A DNA stretch of 64,000 nt. Origin: an uncultured Flavobacteriales bacterium (GTDB taxonomy: Bacteria; Bacteroidota; Bacteroidia; Flavobacteriales_D; Sanyastnellaceae). The notes beneath the pieces are model-generated. The model was given only the letters and a program-made list of their open reading frames with translations. It was not told the origin of the DNA and searched no databases. This document shows, piece by piece, positions 19,654-30,193 of the stretch; position 1 is the first letter of the stretch; each line of letters begins with the position of its first letter. The position numbers were made by a program, and so were the translations under genes. The DNA lies in NCBI GenBank assembly GCA_937881575.1, contig CALGEI010000042.1, positions 202,286 to 266,285 on the forward strand, read 5' to 3'.

Positions 19654-21417
19654 TTACGTCGAGGGCAAAATCACACTGAGCTTTTCTCTGACGGGGGAGA
19701 TGCGTTCGACTTGAATCTTGCCCGCTAATTTCCGCAGCTGAGCATGGAGCTCATTCCAGCGTGAAGAGGCCAAAGCATCTTTTCCATAAAACAATCCACG
19801 CAGGGCTTTCGAGGCCTCGGTGTGGTCACTGCTGATACTGAATTTCCAGTGGGCTCCGAGCTGTTCGATCTGCACCTGAACATCTTGTTGGTCGTGGGAA
19901 AGTTCAATGAATCCTCGAATCAAATTGCGCAAGGCAATGCGCACATCTGGCCCAATCGTGAATTGAAGATCGCGCCCCGAATCCCATGCAATGGTGGATT
20001 GTATGTCTTCATCCAATTCGCTCATGAAGGCTTGGATGGATTGTGCAGAGGGATTGTCATCCCGCATGTAGACAAATGCTCCGTTGGGCATGAGACTCGA
20101 ATTGCTGAGCGATTCATCTTCCTCCGTGACGGTTTCGTCATCTTGAGATAAACGATCGCTCGGCACCAAGCTGCGGAGACGAATCAATCGGCGTCTTTCT
20201 TTTTTCAGTGCACTTTTTACCCTCCGGTGGCTGCGATTCATTGACAAGAGCCCAATGGCTAAAATCGCAGCGAGCCAGGGCCAAGCTCCAAGGTCCGGAC
20301 GTTGAGCCCGTTGGTCTGCTAAATCGGCGACCGCCCGTTCAAACGGATCGGGTTCAGGAAGCAATTGTTCGGTGAATCCACGGACCTGACGGCTGTCAGA
20401 AGAACGAAGTCCCCATAGAAGTGCTGATTTAATGCTGTCCACTTCGAACATGGAAGACAATGCCACGTGAAAATTGGATCGATCCATTTCGAATTCAGCC
20501 TTTTGTCTCAGTGCGTCTGCCAAAAGGACGAGGTCAGTTGTCGCTCGAGCTGCTTTGATGGCTTCATGGAATCCAATGACTGCGTCCAAAGGTCGATTGG
20601 CTCGATGCGCGGCCGTCGCTAGCCGGAGGTGCGCCAATGCAAGTGAATTCAACTGATTTCGCGGCGTAAACTCTAAAATGAGTTGAGCCCATTCATAAGC
20701 AAGATGATGATTTTTAAGCGCAAGAAGCCCGTAGATCTGCTTTCTGTAGTCTTGAGCCAATTCCAGGGGAATGGTGATTGAAATGGATTGGAATGCTGTG
20801 ACAATGCTGTCGTTTGGATTCCTGTTTTCGATGATATCGAGTTGAACTAAATAGCTCAACCATTCGGCCATTTGCTCGTCGGACAACGCCTCTTGAGGAC
20901 GGTTCAAGCAGAAATCCAAGGCCTCTCGTGCGCGCGTCCAATCTCCGGCAATGAATGCGATCTGAGCCATTCGAGAGTGCAAGAGGATGTGTTCAGGTTG
21001 CATTTGCAATTCCCGCCGAAGCACGGCACTGGCTTGCTCTTCTCGCTGAAGACTCAGCCAAAGATCAGCGGCTAACAAGGTGAGTTCAAGGCGGTCCGAA
21101 GCGCTGCAGGCGAGCAAACCTGAACCGGCTAAGATCAAAGCACTGCTCGCTTGATCTGGATTGTGACTTTCTGCGTGAACTTCGGCAATGCCCATGCGTG
21201 CTCGGGCGATGAGACACGGATCGAAGGATCGCTCCTCAGCTCCGCGGAACATGGACAGAGCAGCTACGGGCTTTCCGAGCTCGAGCAATGAATCGCCCCG
21301 TTCAAGCATTTGCGCAGCTTCGATGGATGCCGCATCTTGGGCATAACTGTGAGACAGGTTGCCATGCAAAAAGAGCAAGACAAAGACGAGCAATAGGGAC
21401 TGAAGAGTGCGCAACAT
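19654..21417 (-). CDS. TPR-repeat membrane protein with degenerate histidine-kinase-like C-terminal domain
   Basis: Signal peptide MLRTLQSLLLVFVLLFLHGNLSHSYAQ, about 370 aa of TPR-like helices, TM WPWLAAILAIGLLSM. The cytoplasmic tail has the N-box-like ALRNLIRGFIELS but no H-box or DxGxG. Confidence 0.6.
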   Translation of the reverse strand: MLRTLQSLLLVFVLLFLHGNLSHSYAQDAASIEAAQMLERGDSLLELGKPVAALSMFRGAEERSFDPCLIARARMGIAEVHAESHNPDQASSALILAGSGLLACSASDRLELTLLAADLWLSLQREEQASAVLRRELQMQPEHILLHSRMAQIAFIAGDWTRAREALDFCLNRPQEALSDEQMAEWLSYLVQLDIIENRNPNDSIVTAFQSISITIPLELAQDYRKQIYGLLALKNHHLAYEWAQLILEFTPRNQLNSLALAHLRLATAAHRANRPLDAVIGFHEAIKAARATTDLVLLADALRQKAEFEMDRSNFHVALSSMFEVDSIKSALLWGLRSSDSRQVRGFTEQLLPEPDPFERAVADLADQRAQRPDLGAWPWLAAILAIGLLSMNRSHRRVKSALKKERRRLIRLRSLVPSDRLSQDDETVTEEDESLSNSSLMPNGAFVYMRDDNPSAQSIQAFMSELDEDIQSTIAWDSGRDLQFTIGPDVRIALRNLIRGFIELSHDQQDVQVQIEQLGAHWKFSISSDHTEASKALRGLFYGKDALASSRWNELHAQLRKLAGKIQVERISPVREKLSVILPST

Positions 21418-21508
21418 TTGTGAGTCCAACTTAGCGCGTGAGCGAACCACTCATCCAAGAAGTCTTGGAAATTGTTCACATGAATTGGCGCAAAAGAAGC
21501 AGGGAAGT

Positions 21509-22519
21509 TTAGTCGTTCCAGAGAACGTCTAGAATGGTGCTTCCAACAGCTTGCAAGCTATTCTTGTCAATCACATCCATGTTGTCTGCGTGCGTGTGGT
21601 GAAAGGGTCCATAGCCCATGGGAAGGACTTGTAACTGGTAATGGACAATGTTCGCAGAGGGAATGCCCCCCAACTCTGAAACGAACAAGTTGTCATCGAC
21701 GGTTTGGGGGGTCACTTCGTTTTTGAAGTACGCCCCATGACCCAATCCTTGAGCGGCGCTCCAAACTTTTTTCACGGTCGCGGGAGCATAGGCCATCGAA
21801 GTCCCTTCTTTGTTGAAGACTGCGTTTTTTGCTCCCACCATGTCCAGAAGGATGCCATATTTTGCTTGGTAACCGATGCGGTGCGGCTGATTGACCCAAA
21901 ATTGGCTCCCCAGGCACCAAGTCAACATGGTGTTTTCTCCCTTGTTCGCCCACTCCGGAGTGCCATAGTCTTCCGCATCGAATAGGATGATATCGACCCC
22001 ATAGCCCAGCGAGTCCGTGCCCAGGACACGGGCGATTTCAAGCAAAACCCCAACTCCCGATCCGCCATCATTCGCGCCGTCAATGGGCTCGCGCATTCTT
22101 ACGGTGTCTTTGTCTGCGAATGGTCGAGTATCCCAATGCGCATAGAGCATAACGCGTTCTTTGGCCTCTGGCATAAACGACCCGATGATATTGCGAATGT
22201 TCAGAATGGTGCCGTCGAATGCTCGGACACGGCCGATTTGCTCGGTCACTTCAGCTCCATAGCGATCGAGTTCGTTGACCAACCAATCTCCACATTTCTC
22301 ATGTGCTGGTGAATTGGGAACGCGGGGGCCGAATGCTACTTGCTCAGCGACGAACGCGTAAGCAGAATCGCTATTGAATTCGGGGGCTTGGATCCGAACA
22401 GGCGTTTTGTACTCAATCGAATGAGACGTGGATTCTTCCTCATGGCAAGAAATCAAAGTCGCGCCAAGGAATAGCAGACCTCCAAGATGAAGGAGCGTTC
22501 GGGTTAGTCTTTTTTCCAT
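21509..22519 (-). CDS. M28-family glutaminyl-peptide cyclotransferase (type II QC-like) lipoprotein
   Basis: Lipobox LISC. DSAYAFVAEQVAFGPRVPNSPAHEKCGDWL, HWDTRPFADKD, DGANDGGSGVGVLLE, FDAEDYG. Resembles the Porphyromonas-type QC. Confidence 0.75.
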   Translation of the reverse strand: MEKRLTRTLLHLGGLLFLGATLISCHEEESTSHSIEYKTPVRIQAPEFNSDSAYAFVAEQVAFGPRVPNSPAHEKCGDWLVNELDRYGAEVTEQIGRVRAFDGTILNIRNIIGSFMPEAKERVMLYAHWDTRPFADKDTVRMREPIDGANDGGSGVGVLLEIARVLGTDSLGYGVDIILFDAEDYGTPEWANKGENTMLTWCLGSQFWVNQPHRIGYQAKYGILLDMVGAKNAVFNKEGTSMAYAPATVKKVWSAAQGLGHGAYFKNEVTPQTVDDNLFVSELGGIPSANIVHYQLQVLPMGYGPFHHTHADNMDVIDKNSLQAVGSTILDVLWND

Positions 22520-23979
22520 GAACTTCCGTCTTTGCCGTCCATAATAGTGATGCCCAATGCGCCGAGTGTATCGCGAATGGTGTCTGCTGTAGCCCAGTCT
22601 TTGTTGTCTTTTGCCTTCCCGCGCAAATCGACCAACAATCCCATCAGCGCATCCTCATCGCCACCGTTTTGACTCGCTTTATTTTCGACTTCCAATCCAA
22701 GCACGTCGAGCACATATCCCTCGAGCCCTTCTTGGAGCTGTTGGCGCTGGGGCGCCGAAATGGTCACTTTTCCGGAAACAATGTTGTTGATCAATTTGAC
22801 GCCATCGAACAAAACACCAATGAGAATGGGCGTGTTGAAATCGTCGCCCATAGCTTGTGCACAGCGCTCCATGAGCTTGGGGATTTGCGTGTCGTCCATC
22901 CCTTCAACGGAAAGGGGTAGATCAGAAAGCTTGACGATTGCCGTCATCAATCGTTCCAAGCCTTTCTCAGCTGCCTGCAGGGCTTCGTTGGAGAAGTCCA
23001 ACGTGCTGGCGTAATGCCCCTGAAGCATGAAGAAGCGAACGGTCATCGGAGAGTATCCTCGCTCGAGCAAGGGATGATTCCCTGTGACCAACTCGTCCGG
23101 CGTGAAGCCATTGCCTTCCGACTTGGCCATTTTTCGCCCGTTGACCGTGAGCATATTTCCGTGCATCCAATAATTGACAGGCCGCTCGCCGCCGTGTGCG
23201 CCAATATTTTGAGCAATTTCACATTCGTGGTGAGGAAACTTCAGGTCCATGCCTCCTCCGTGAATGTCAAAAGTCTTGCCCAGGTACTTTGTGCTCATAA
23301 CGGAACATTCCAGATGCCATCCAGGAAAACCTTCACTCCAAGGTGAAGGCCATTTCATAAGGTGGGAAGCGTCTGCCTTCTTCCACAATGCGAAGTCAAG
23401 CGGATCGTTCTTCTCGTTCTGACCATCCAACGAACGGGTGTTGCTCAAAAGGTCATCAATGCGCCGGCCAGAGAGCTCCCCATATGGAAAATCTTCACTG
23501 AATTTTCGAACGCTGAAATAGACACTCCCATTGGATTCGTACCCATAGCCCCGTTCGATGATATCTTGAATCATCTGAATCTGTTCGACGATGTGTCCGG
23601 TAGCACTTGGTTCGATGGAAGGCGATTTCATATTGAAAATGCGCATCACGTCATGGAAGTCGTTGGTGTACTTCTGTACAATTTCCATCGGCTCCAAATT
23701 CTCTAGGCGGGCCTTCTTACCAATCTTGTCTTCACCGTCATCGGAATCTCCCGTCAAATGCCCGACATCCGTAATGTTCCGCACATAACGAACTTGGTAT
23801 CCCAAGAAGGTCAAGTAGCGGTAGACGATATCGAAAGTGAGGAATGTTCGGACGTTGCCTAAGTGAACGTTGCTGTACACCGTTGGCCCGCAGACATACA
23901 TGCCCACATAAGGAGGGCTTAAAGGGGTGAAGCGTTCCTTTTTTCGCGTGAGGCTATTTTGAATGTAAAGCGGTTGCAT
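22504..23979 (-). CDS. cysS: cysteine--tRNA ligase
   Basis: HIGH-type [14 protein letters not shown]-type RKMAKSEGN, 491 aa. The 3' end overlaps the QC start by 16 nt. Confidence 0.95.
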   Translation of the reverse strand: MQPLYIQNSLTRKKERFTPLSPPYVGMYVCGPTVYSNVHLGNVRTFLTFDIVYRYLTFLGYQVRYVRNITDVGHLTGDSDDGEDKIGKKARLENLEPMEIVQKYTNDFHDVMRIFNMKSPSIEPSATGHIVEQIQMIQDIIERGYGYESNGSVYFSVRKFSEDFPYGELSGRRIDDLLSNTRSLDGQNEKNDPLDFALWKKADASHLMKWPSPWSEGFPGWHLECSVMSTKYLGKTFDIHGGGMDLKFPHHECEIAQNIGAHGGERPVNYWMHGNMLTVNGRKMAKSEGNGFTPDELVTGNHPLLERGYSPMTVRFFMLQGHYASTLDFSNEALQAAEKGLERLMTAIVKLSDLPLSVEGMDDTQIPKLMERCAQAMGDDFNTPILIGVLFDGVKLINNIVSGKVTISAPQRQQLQEGLEGYVLDVLGLEVENKASQNGGDEDALMGLLVDLRGKAKDNKDWATADTIRDTLGALGITIMDGKDGSSWKKD

Positions 23980-24090
23980 GCGGTCGATCGAATTGTGCGA
24001 TGAAGGAAATCAAAACAAAAGCATTCCTACTGATTCCACTGCAAAGAAAAACCATCCCACGTTATTGCAGCGGTTCGTTGGATACTTTAC

Positions 24091-25050
24091 TCAAGGTTTC
24101 GTGTGCACGACGCCAGCACGAAACGCATCCAGCATCAGTTGTGTCATTTGATCCAGGTTCAATTCGGGTTTCCAACCCCAGTCCTCTGCCGCTGCTTGGT
24201 CATTGATTGAATCCGGCCAAGTTTCAGCAATGGCCTGTCTTTGATCGGGGTTGTAGACCAATTGAAACTCTGGAGCGAGCTGTCGAATGCTTTCACCAAC
24301 TTCAGAAGGGGTGAAGCTCATGGCGTGTAAGTTGTAGGAGGTGCGAATGCGAATGTTTTTCGCAGGGGCAGCCATCAATTCCATTGTGGCACGAACTGCA
24401 TCGTCCATGTACATCATGGGCAAAGCTTGATCAGCTTTGAGGAAGCACGAGTATGGCTTTCCTTTTGCGGCGTATTCATAGATCTCAACGGCGTAGTCTG
24501 TCGTTCCCCCACCCGGGACTGATCGGTGGCCAATGAGCCCTGGATATCTCAAACTTCGGACATCCACACCGTATTTCTCATGGTAGTAGCGGCACCAGTA
24601 TTCACCGGCTTGCTTTGAAATGCCATAGACGGTGGTGGGGTCCAATGTCGCATTTTGTGGAACGTCTTTTTTGGGTGTGGATGGTCCGAAGACAGCAATG
24701 GAGCTGGGCCAAAAAATGCGCTGTACCCATCCTTCTTTTGCCGCCTCGAGGACATTGAGCAAGGATTGCATGTTCAAATCCCACGCTGCCAATGGACGCT
24801 TTTCACCCGTAGCGCTCAACATAGCGGCTAGATGATAGACCTCTTCATACTGTCCTTCTTCTAGCACTTTGTGCATCGCTCCCTCATCGATAGCATCGAG
24901 ATGCAGGAATGTGCTCTTTAAGACTTGTTCGTTTTCGGGGACTCGAATATCTGCGATATGAATGGAGTCAATCCCATGCTTTGATTGCAAGGCAAGAACC
25001 AATTCGATTCCAAGTTGACCTGCGGCGCCTATGACCAGTTTCTTTGACAT
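24091..25050 (-). CDS. tdh: NAD-dependent epimerase/dehydratase-fold L-threonine 3-dehydrogenase
   Basis: GAAGQLG Rossmann motif; YGISK (YxxxK). Overall resembles the short-chain (GalE-like) TDH family. Confidence 0.7.
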   Translation of the reverse strand: MSKKLVIGAAGQLGIELVLALQSKHGIDSIHIADIRVPENEQVLKSTFLHLDAIDEGAMHKVLEEGQYEEVYHLAAMLSATGEKRPLAAWDLNMQSLLNVLEAAKEGWVQRIFWPSSIAVFGPSTPKKDVPQNATLDPTTVYGISKQAGEYWCRYYHEKYGVDVRSLRYPGLIGHRSVPGGGTTDYAVEIYEYAAKGKPYSCFLKADQALPMMYMDDAVRATMELMAAPAKNIRIRTSYNLHAMSFTPSEVGESIRQLAPEFQLVYNPDQRQAIAETWPDSINDQAAAEDWGWKPELNLDQMTQLMLDAFRAGVVHTKP

Positions 25051-25109
25051 TGTATACGAAAGTAATGAACTGTCGACGCGATTCGGACGAATAGGGTCGT
25101 GTTAGCTGC

Positions 25110-25117
25110 TATTTTTG
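25110..25117 (+). promoter_or_regulatory. TAnnTTTG (-7-like) motif upstream of queA
   Basis: TATTTTTG matches the Bacteroidetes sigma-A -7 consensus and ends 4 nt before the GTG at 25122. Confidence 0.25.
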
Positions 25118-25121
25118 TTTC

Positions 25122-26375
25122 GTGAAAGAGATTCAAGATTTGTTGCAGCTCGGCACGGAGGGGTTTGATTATCACTTGCCAGAGGAGGCCATCGCTTTGC
25201 ATCCCGTTGAGCCTCGGTCGCGCGCCCGATTGTGGCATGTCTCTGAAAATGTCATGGGGGATGCAGGAACATTTGAAGATCTCCCTGAACTATTGCCAGA
25301 AGGATTTCAGCTGTGGGTCAACGATACGCGGGTCATTCGCGCCCGTCTAATCTTACTGAAACCTACAGGAGGTCGCTTGGAACTGTTCCTTTTAGAACCC
25401 ATCGGGATGACCATGGAACAGGCGTTGCGTTCCACAAAGCCTTTGATTTGGCGATGTTTGGTTCGTGGTGCCAAAAGGTGGCGAGATGGCGAGGCGTCGC
25501 TGAGAGGAGAGGGTGAGCACGCGCGTTGGACACTTCGGGCGCAAATGCATCAAATCGAAGAAGGGACTCGACAAGTACGATTTGATTGGGCTCAGGACGG
25601 CTCAGATGAATTGACTTGGGGTGAAATGCTCGAAATGCTGGGCAATACGCCACTCCCACCCTATATGCGCAGGAAGGACGAGGCCCAAGATGTCGATGAT
25701 TATCAAACGGTTTATGCTGAAGTGCCAGGTTCAGTAGCAGCTCCGACTGCGGGATTGCATTATGACGAACCGCTCATGGAGCGATTGCGGTCCAAAGGAA
25801 CGTTGCATGCAGTCACCTTGCATGTTGGCGCGGGGACATTCAAGCCTTTGACTGAGGGCGAAGTCGCTCATCATGTGATGCACGCGGAGCATTGCGTCGT
25901 TCCCTATGCCGCTTTGGCGTCCTTGAGCGAATTGGAGCCCCATCGGGTGGTGACGGGCACGACAACCTTGCGAACGCTTGAAAGTGTGTACTGGCTGGCT
26001 TTGAAATGGAAGAAAGAAGGCCATCAACCCAATCAGTTGGGACAATGGGAATGGGCTCGTGAATTGAAGTCAATGGATGAAATGCTGGATTGGGATATGT
26101 CCACGGCCGTGCGATGGGCTATGGAACAATTGCAAGGGCGTGATTGGGTCTTCCAGACATCCATCATGATGGTTCCATCTTATCGCATCCGTTCTTGTCA
26201 GGGGCTTGTTACCAACTTCCACTTGCCTAAAAGCACCTTGCTGTGCCTTGTAGCGGCAGCGATAGGAGAACGATGGAAGGAGATCTACCAGATGGCCTTG
26301 GGAGATGGCTTTCGATTTCTGAGCTATGGAGACGGGAGTTACTTGGAAATTGAAAACAAAAAAAAGGCCCACTAA
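25122..26375 (+). CDS. queA: S-adenosylmethionine:tRNA ribosyltransferase-isomerase
   Basis: GFDYHLPEEAIALHP, AAPTAGLHY, TNFHLPKSTLL. The ORF-track start is GTG at 25122. TTG at 25140/25143 would give a more canonical N-terminus (start uncertain). Confidence 0.88.
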   Translation: MKEIQDLLQLGTEGFDYHLPEEAIALHPVEPRSRARLWHVSENVMGDAGTFEDLPELLPEGFQLWVNDTRVIRARLILLKPTGGRLELFLLEPIGMTMEQALRSTKPLIWRCLVRGAKRWRDGEASLRGEGEHARWTLRAQMHQIEEGTRQVRFDWAQDGSDELTWGEMLEMLGNTPLPPYMRRKDEAQDVDDYQTVYAEVPGSVAAPTAGLHYDEPLMERLRSKGTLHAVTLHVGAGTFKPLTEGEVAHHVMHAEHCVVPYAALASLSELEPHRVVTGTTTLRTLESVYWLALKWKKEGHQPNQLGQWEWARELKSMDEMLDWDMSTAVRWAMEQLQGRDWVFQTSIMMVPSYRIRSCQGLVTNFHLPKSTLLCLVAAAIGERWKEIYQMALGDGFRFLSYGDGSYLEIENKKKAH

Positions 26376-26389
26376 AAGCGGGCCTTTTT
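26361..26389. terminator. bidirectional terminator between convergent queA and ppiD
   Basis: AAAAAGGCCC-actaaaagc-GGGCCTTTTT; the A-run/T-run flanks allow function on both strands. Confidence 0.6.
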
Positions 26390-26410
26390 CAATTCGGTAA
26401 ATCGTCGGAG

Positions 26411-28471
26411 TTAGTTTACGCCGCGATTGTCTTCAAGTTGAGCTGCTTCCAACATGGCATTGGAGATACGCAATGTGGCGGCTCCTCGAGCTCGTGCCAA
26501 ACCACTTGATTGTTCAGAAAGAAAGTCTGATTTTTCGGCAGCCTCGCGGATCGAGGTCGGGGCTACGACCCAAATGCCATTGGCGCCAACGATAGGCTGT
26601 GACATATTGCCGATCGGAATGGCGAAGGCAGTGCCAACAACTTGAGGTTCAGGGAGAGCGCCAGCACCCTTGATCGTTGGAAATTTCAAAGCCATGTCCG
26701 TTGCAGTGAGCACATTTGTTCCAATAGAAGCTGCAATTTCACTGAGCGTTCCCGTTGACATTTGATCTTGAAACAACTCTCCTTTCGCTTCACGAATCGC
26801 TCCAGTGCGCATGACTTTTTCAACATGCTCAAACGGTGGAATTCCCTCTTTCGACACTTGATCGAGGAAGGCTACGACGTACGTGTCATCCACGAGGATG
26901 GGATTCGAGACTTCTCCTTCAGTGGCATTGAAAGCCCAGGTGACCAATTCTCGCGCATTTCTTAAGCCTGAGATGGAAGTGGCTTGTCGACGAATGTCTT
27001 TGGCGAAATTTGTTGGGTATCCGGCATCACCAGCAGCCTGTGTGAAGGATTCTTTGCTGTTCGAGCTAATAGCAAATTCGCTTGCCGCGCTGTAGGCGGA
27101 GCGCGAGGTTTCACTTGACGCAACCAAAGCACGATCGATCATTGCGACAGAAACGCGATCTTTTAGTTCCGTGCGGTCCATGACCTCAATGAGGTGAACG
27201 CCAAATTGTGTTTTTACCGCTCCAATGCTGCCGGGCTTATTGTCGAAACAATAGTTTTCAAAAGGCTTTACCATACGGCCTCGTGTAAAGAAATCGTAGA
27301 AACCGCCTGTGGACTTCGAACCAGGATCATCGCTGAATTGATCTACGAGATCCTCAAATTTGGCACCGCGGCGGATGGCACGCTTCAAGCTATCAGCTCG
27401 GGCCATGAGCGCATCCATTTCAGTGGCATCAGAGGAGTTCTTGGCTTGCAACAAAATATGGCGACAAGAAACACTGTCCGGTTCACTACTAAAACCAGCA
27501 ATCCGAGCCAATCGGTAAGTCTGGTTCTTCAGGTAGGGCCCCATGATATCGCCTTCTTTCGAGTCGAAAAAGGCCGCTTCATTGACATCGGTTTCGACAT
27601 CACTGCGCTTGAGTGTGGTGAGCTGAAAGGGAGCTTCGTTGACGGTGGCGACGAATTGGCTATCACTCTCTGTAGAGGATGCCCAAATCGTCTTCAAAGA
27701 GCTCAATTCGGATTCAATCGTTGTCGCGTCCTCAGCAGAGGCCTTGACTGCAATTCGTGCATAGGTGACATTTCGGCCATCCTTCTCTTTGTATTCCACA
27801 TCTGATTTGTGCGCTCGGTAGAAAGACTTGACATCCGAATCGCTTACGTCGACATCTGAGTCTGGAATGCTGGCAAAGGATTTTAGCGCATACTGGAAAG
27901 TCACCTTTCGGTTGGCTTGTAAATAATCAGCTTGGCCTTCCAAACTGTTCGTGTAGATGCCTGCATTCACTAAATTGTCATACTTCTCGCGGATGCGTTT
28001 TTCCGAAATCAGCGCTTTGTAAGACATGAAATCAGACTTGCCTTGCGGTGTATTCAGCATGGCACCGAAATTCTGTTGCCAGAATTGCTTGTTTTCAGCG
28101 TTTGAATAGAACGCTCGATTCATGTAGGGCGAGTAGCCCGAACCGAAAAGAAGTTCTTGGAATTCAAGGTCGGAAACGGTTAGGCCCAAAGCGTCAAAGT
28201 CGTCGCTCAAAATGATCCCCGTAGTGAGGTCATTCCAAACTTCTTCACTCAACTGGTCGCCGTTGAATCCCAAGCGGCGGCGCTCTTGGAGTTCGGATTG
28301 GTATTCCAGGCCGGATATCTCGTGACCATTGACTTCGCCAACGTCGCGGTTTCCTCCTTGACCTATTAACGCCATTACGGCGTCGTAAGGAACGAGGAAT
28401 CCCAACATTCCAAATCCAATCATAACGATGAGCAAGCCTTGACGGTTGCGGATTTTTTCAATCATTGACAT
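26411..28471 (-). CDS. ppiD: PpiD/SurA-like periplasmic chaperone-PPIase (N-terminal membrane anchor, parvulin domain)
   Basis: MSMIEKIRNRQGLLIVMIGFGMLGFLV anchor, SurA_N-like region, parvulin core SCRHILLQAK...FGVHLIEV. Confidence 0.8.
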   Translation of the reverse strand: MSMIEKIRNRQGLLIVMIGFGMLGFLVPYDAVMALIGQGGNRDVGEVNGHEISGLEYQSELQERRRLGFNGDQLSEEVWNDLTTGIILSDDFDALGLTVSDLEFQELLFGSGYSPYMNRAFYSNAENKQFWQQNFGAMLNTPQGKSDFMSYKALISEKRIREKYDNLVNAGIYTNSLEGQADYLQANRKVTFQYALKSFASIPDSDVDVSDSDVKSFYRAHKSDVEYKEKDGRNVTYARIAVKASAEDATTIESELSSLKTIWASSTESDSQFVATVNEAPFQLTTLKRSDVETDVNEAAFFDSKEGDIMGPYLKNQTYRLARIAGFSSEPDSVSCRHILLQAKNSSDATEMDALMARADSLKRAIRRGAKFEDLVDQFSDDPGSKSTGGFYDFFTRGRMVKPFENYCFDNKPGSIGAVKTQFGVHLIEVMDRTELKDRVSVAMIDRALVASSETSRSAYSAASEFAISSNSKESFTQAAGDAGYPTNFAKDIRRQATSISGLRNARELVTWAFNATEGEVSNPILVDDTYVVAFLDQVSKEGIPPFEHVEKVMRTGAIREAKGELFQDQMSTGTLSEIAASIGTNVLTATDMALKFPTIKGAGALPEPQVVGTAFAIPIGNMSQPIVGANGIWVVAPTSIREAAEKSDFLSEQSSGLARARGAATLRISNAMLEAAQLEDNRGVN

Positions 28472-28586
28472 GGTAAATCGACTTCTAATAAAGGTTCGCG
28501 AAGATAAGGGAAATCACGCAATGCATTGAATTGCAGTTGCGGTTGTCGTTGGAAGATTCCAGTGACGGGATAAGCTATTTGATTTT

Positions 28587-29900
28587 TCATACGGATCCTT
28601 GGTTCAAGTTTCGTACTAATATGGTCTTTATTTTGCTGCTGCTGACCTCTTCAACCGTCATCAAACACCCGTCAAGTTCGAGTGTAAATCCTTGGTTTGG
28701 AATTTCTTCAGCATGATGTAGCATCAGTCCTCCAAGGGTCTCATAGGCGTCCATGGCAGGAAGGTCCAATTCGAATTTCTCGTTCAGATCTTCGACATCC
28801 AAGCGGGCGGAGAACCGATAATGTCCGGGTTCAATTTCTTCTTCCACAAGGTCCTCAATGTCGTGCTCATCTTCGATATCGCCAATCAATTGTTCCATGA
28901 TGTCTTCCATGGTGAGGATGCCGGACGTGCCTCCGAATTCGTCTACAACAATCGCTAAATGTCTTTTTCTTTGAATAAACCGCCGCAATACATCGTCCGC
29001 GGGCATCGGTTCTGGAACAACGAAAGTGGGGTGGAGAATGCTCTTGACAGAGGTCGGATTTTTGAACAAGTCTTTGGAATGGACATAGCCAATCGTTTGA
29101 TCAATATCCCCTTTGTAGACGACAATTTTGGACAGTCCCGATGAAACAAAAAGGTCACGGACTTTGTCCAGAGGAGTCTCCATTTCAACGGCCACGACTT
29201 CATTGCGTGGAATCAAACAATCACGTGCCAAAACTTTGTTGAAGGTGAGTGCATTTTGCATGATTTGAAGTTCGTGCTCCAATTCCTGTTCCGGTTCCAT
29301 TCGTCCGCTGATCTCCCGGATGAAATGATCCAAGTCGGTAGCGCCCATCTGTTGATCGGTGATACGCAGGGCGGTATGCTCTTTGCCAAAGAGCTGGATA
29401 GCCAATCGGCTGAGCCACACGACGAATGCTCCAGGGATGACCATGAGGTAGTGGAAGATGGCCAAAGGCAATGCGAAAAACCGAAGCCAAAAATTTGAAT
29501 TGGCATGGAATAGGGCTTTTGGAATGAATTCAGCAACGACGAGGATGACTAAAGTAGTTATGCCTGTTTGCGCCGCCAGTGCCAAAATAGGGTGCTGTGC
29601 TTCGGGCCAATCGGCCACGTGAAAGAGACCTTCACTGATAACTCGTCCCGACTCCAAACCGCAAAAAACCAATGCGAGGTTGTTTCCAACGAGCATGGTG
29701 GCAATGAATTGTTGTGGCTTACTGGACAAATGAGCCAATAAGCGGCCTCGCCAACTTTGTTGCGCGTCGAGCTCAATCTGCAGGCGATTGGCAGATACAA
29801 AGGCGATTTCCATTCCTGAAAAGAAGGCCGATGCCAAGAGCGAAACGCCAATGATGATAAATGAACTCGCGGGGTCAGGATCCATGGAAAGGGATTGCAT
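28587..29900 (-). CDS. CNNM/DUF21-CBS-CorC_HlyC 'hemolysin' family membrane protein (GldE paralogue)
   Basis: DUF21 TM region (SGMEIAFVSAN), CBS pair, CorC_HlyC C-terminus. ATG at 29900 follows the TTG at 29903. Confidence 0.85.
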   Translation of the reverse strand: MQSLSMDPDPASSFIIIGVSLLASAFFSGMEIAFVSANRLQIELDAQQSWRGRLLAHLSSKPQQFIATMLVGNNLALVFCGLESGRVISEGLFHVADWPEAQHPILALAAQTGITTLVILVVAEFIPKALFHANSNFWLRFFALPLAIFHYLMVIPGAFVVWLSRLAIQLFGKEHTALRITDQQMGATDLDHFIREISGRMEPEQELEHELQIMQNALTFNKVLARDCLIPRNEVVAVEMETPLDKVRDLFVSSGLSKIVVYKGDIDQTIGYVHSKDLFKNPTSVKSILHPTFVVPEPMPADDVLRRFIQRKRHLAIVVDEFGGTSGILTMEDIMEQLIGDIEDEHDIEDLVEEEIEPGHYRFSARLDVEDLNEKFELDLPAMDAYETLGGLMLHHAEEIPNQGFTLELDGCLMTVEEVSSSKIKTILVRNLNQGSV

Positions 29901-29936
29901 CAAACCTACGCAAAAGAATCAAACAGGGTTGCGTTT

Positions 29937-30164
29937 TCACACCTTCGAGTTGTGGTTATCAAGATCACGTTCCAGTTTCTTCCGGAAGTAGCGACGAAAA
30001 CTATACCAGGCGATTGCAATTCCCGGTAGAACGAGTGTTTGTTTCTGCTGGTCCCATCCATACTCCACGAGATACCAAATGCTCACTCCTACGGAAGCGA
30101 CAACAATCAGAATCCAAAATTTTTCAGCGGCCTTGCTGACTTGAATAGCGCGATTGATATCCAT
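29937..30164 (-). CDS. small 2-TM membrane protein (75 aa)
   Basis: MDINRAIQVSKAAEKFWILIVVASVGVSIWYLV...LPGIAIAWYSF. It exactly fills the gap between lptC and the CNNM gene. Confidence 0.5.
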   Translation of the reverse strand: MDINRAIQVSKAAEKFWILIVVASVGVSIWYLVEYGWDQQKQTLVLPGIAIAWYSFRRYFRKKLERDLDNHNSKV

Positions 30165-30193
30165 GATCAAAAGATATGATTTTATTGAAACGA

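Noticed and set aside
24000-24206. 68-aa plus-strand ORF in the cysS/tdh gap.
   Set aside because: More than half of it is antisense to the tdh 3' end, and the gap is needed for the cysS promoter.
27194-27805. 203-aa plus-strand ORF inside ppiD.
   Set aside because: It is antisense to a well-supported gene. It has no recognisable domain, signal or plausible start context.
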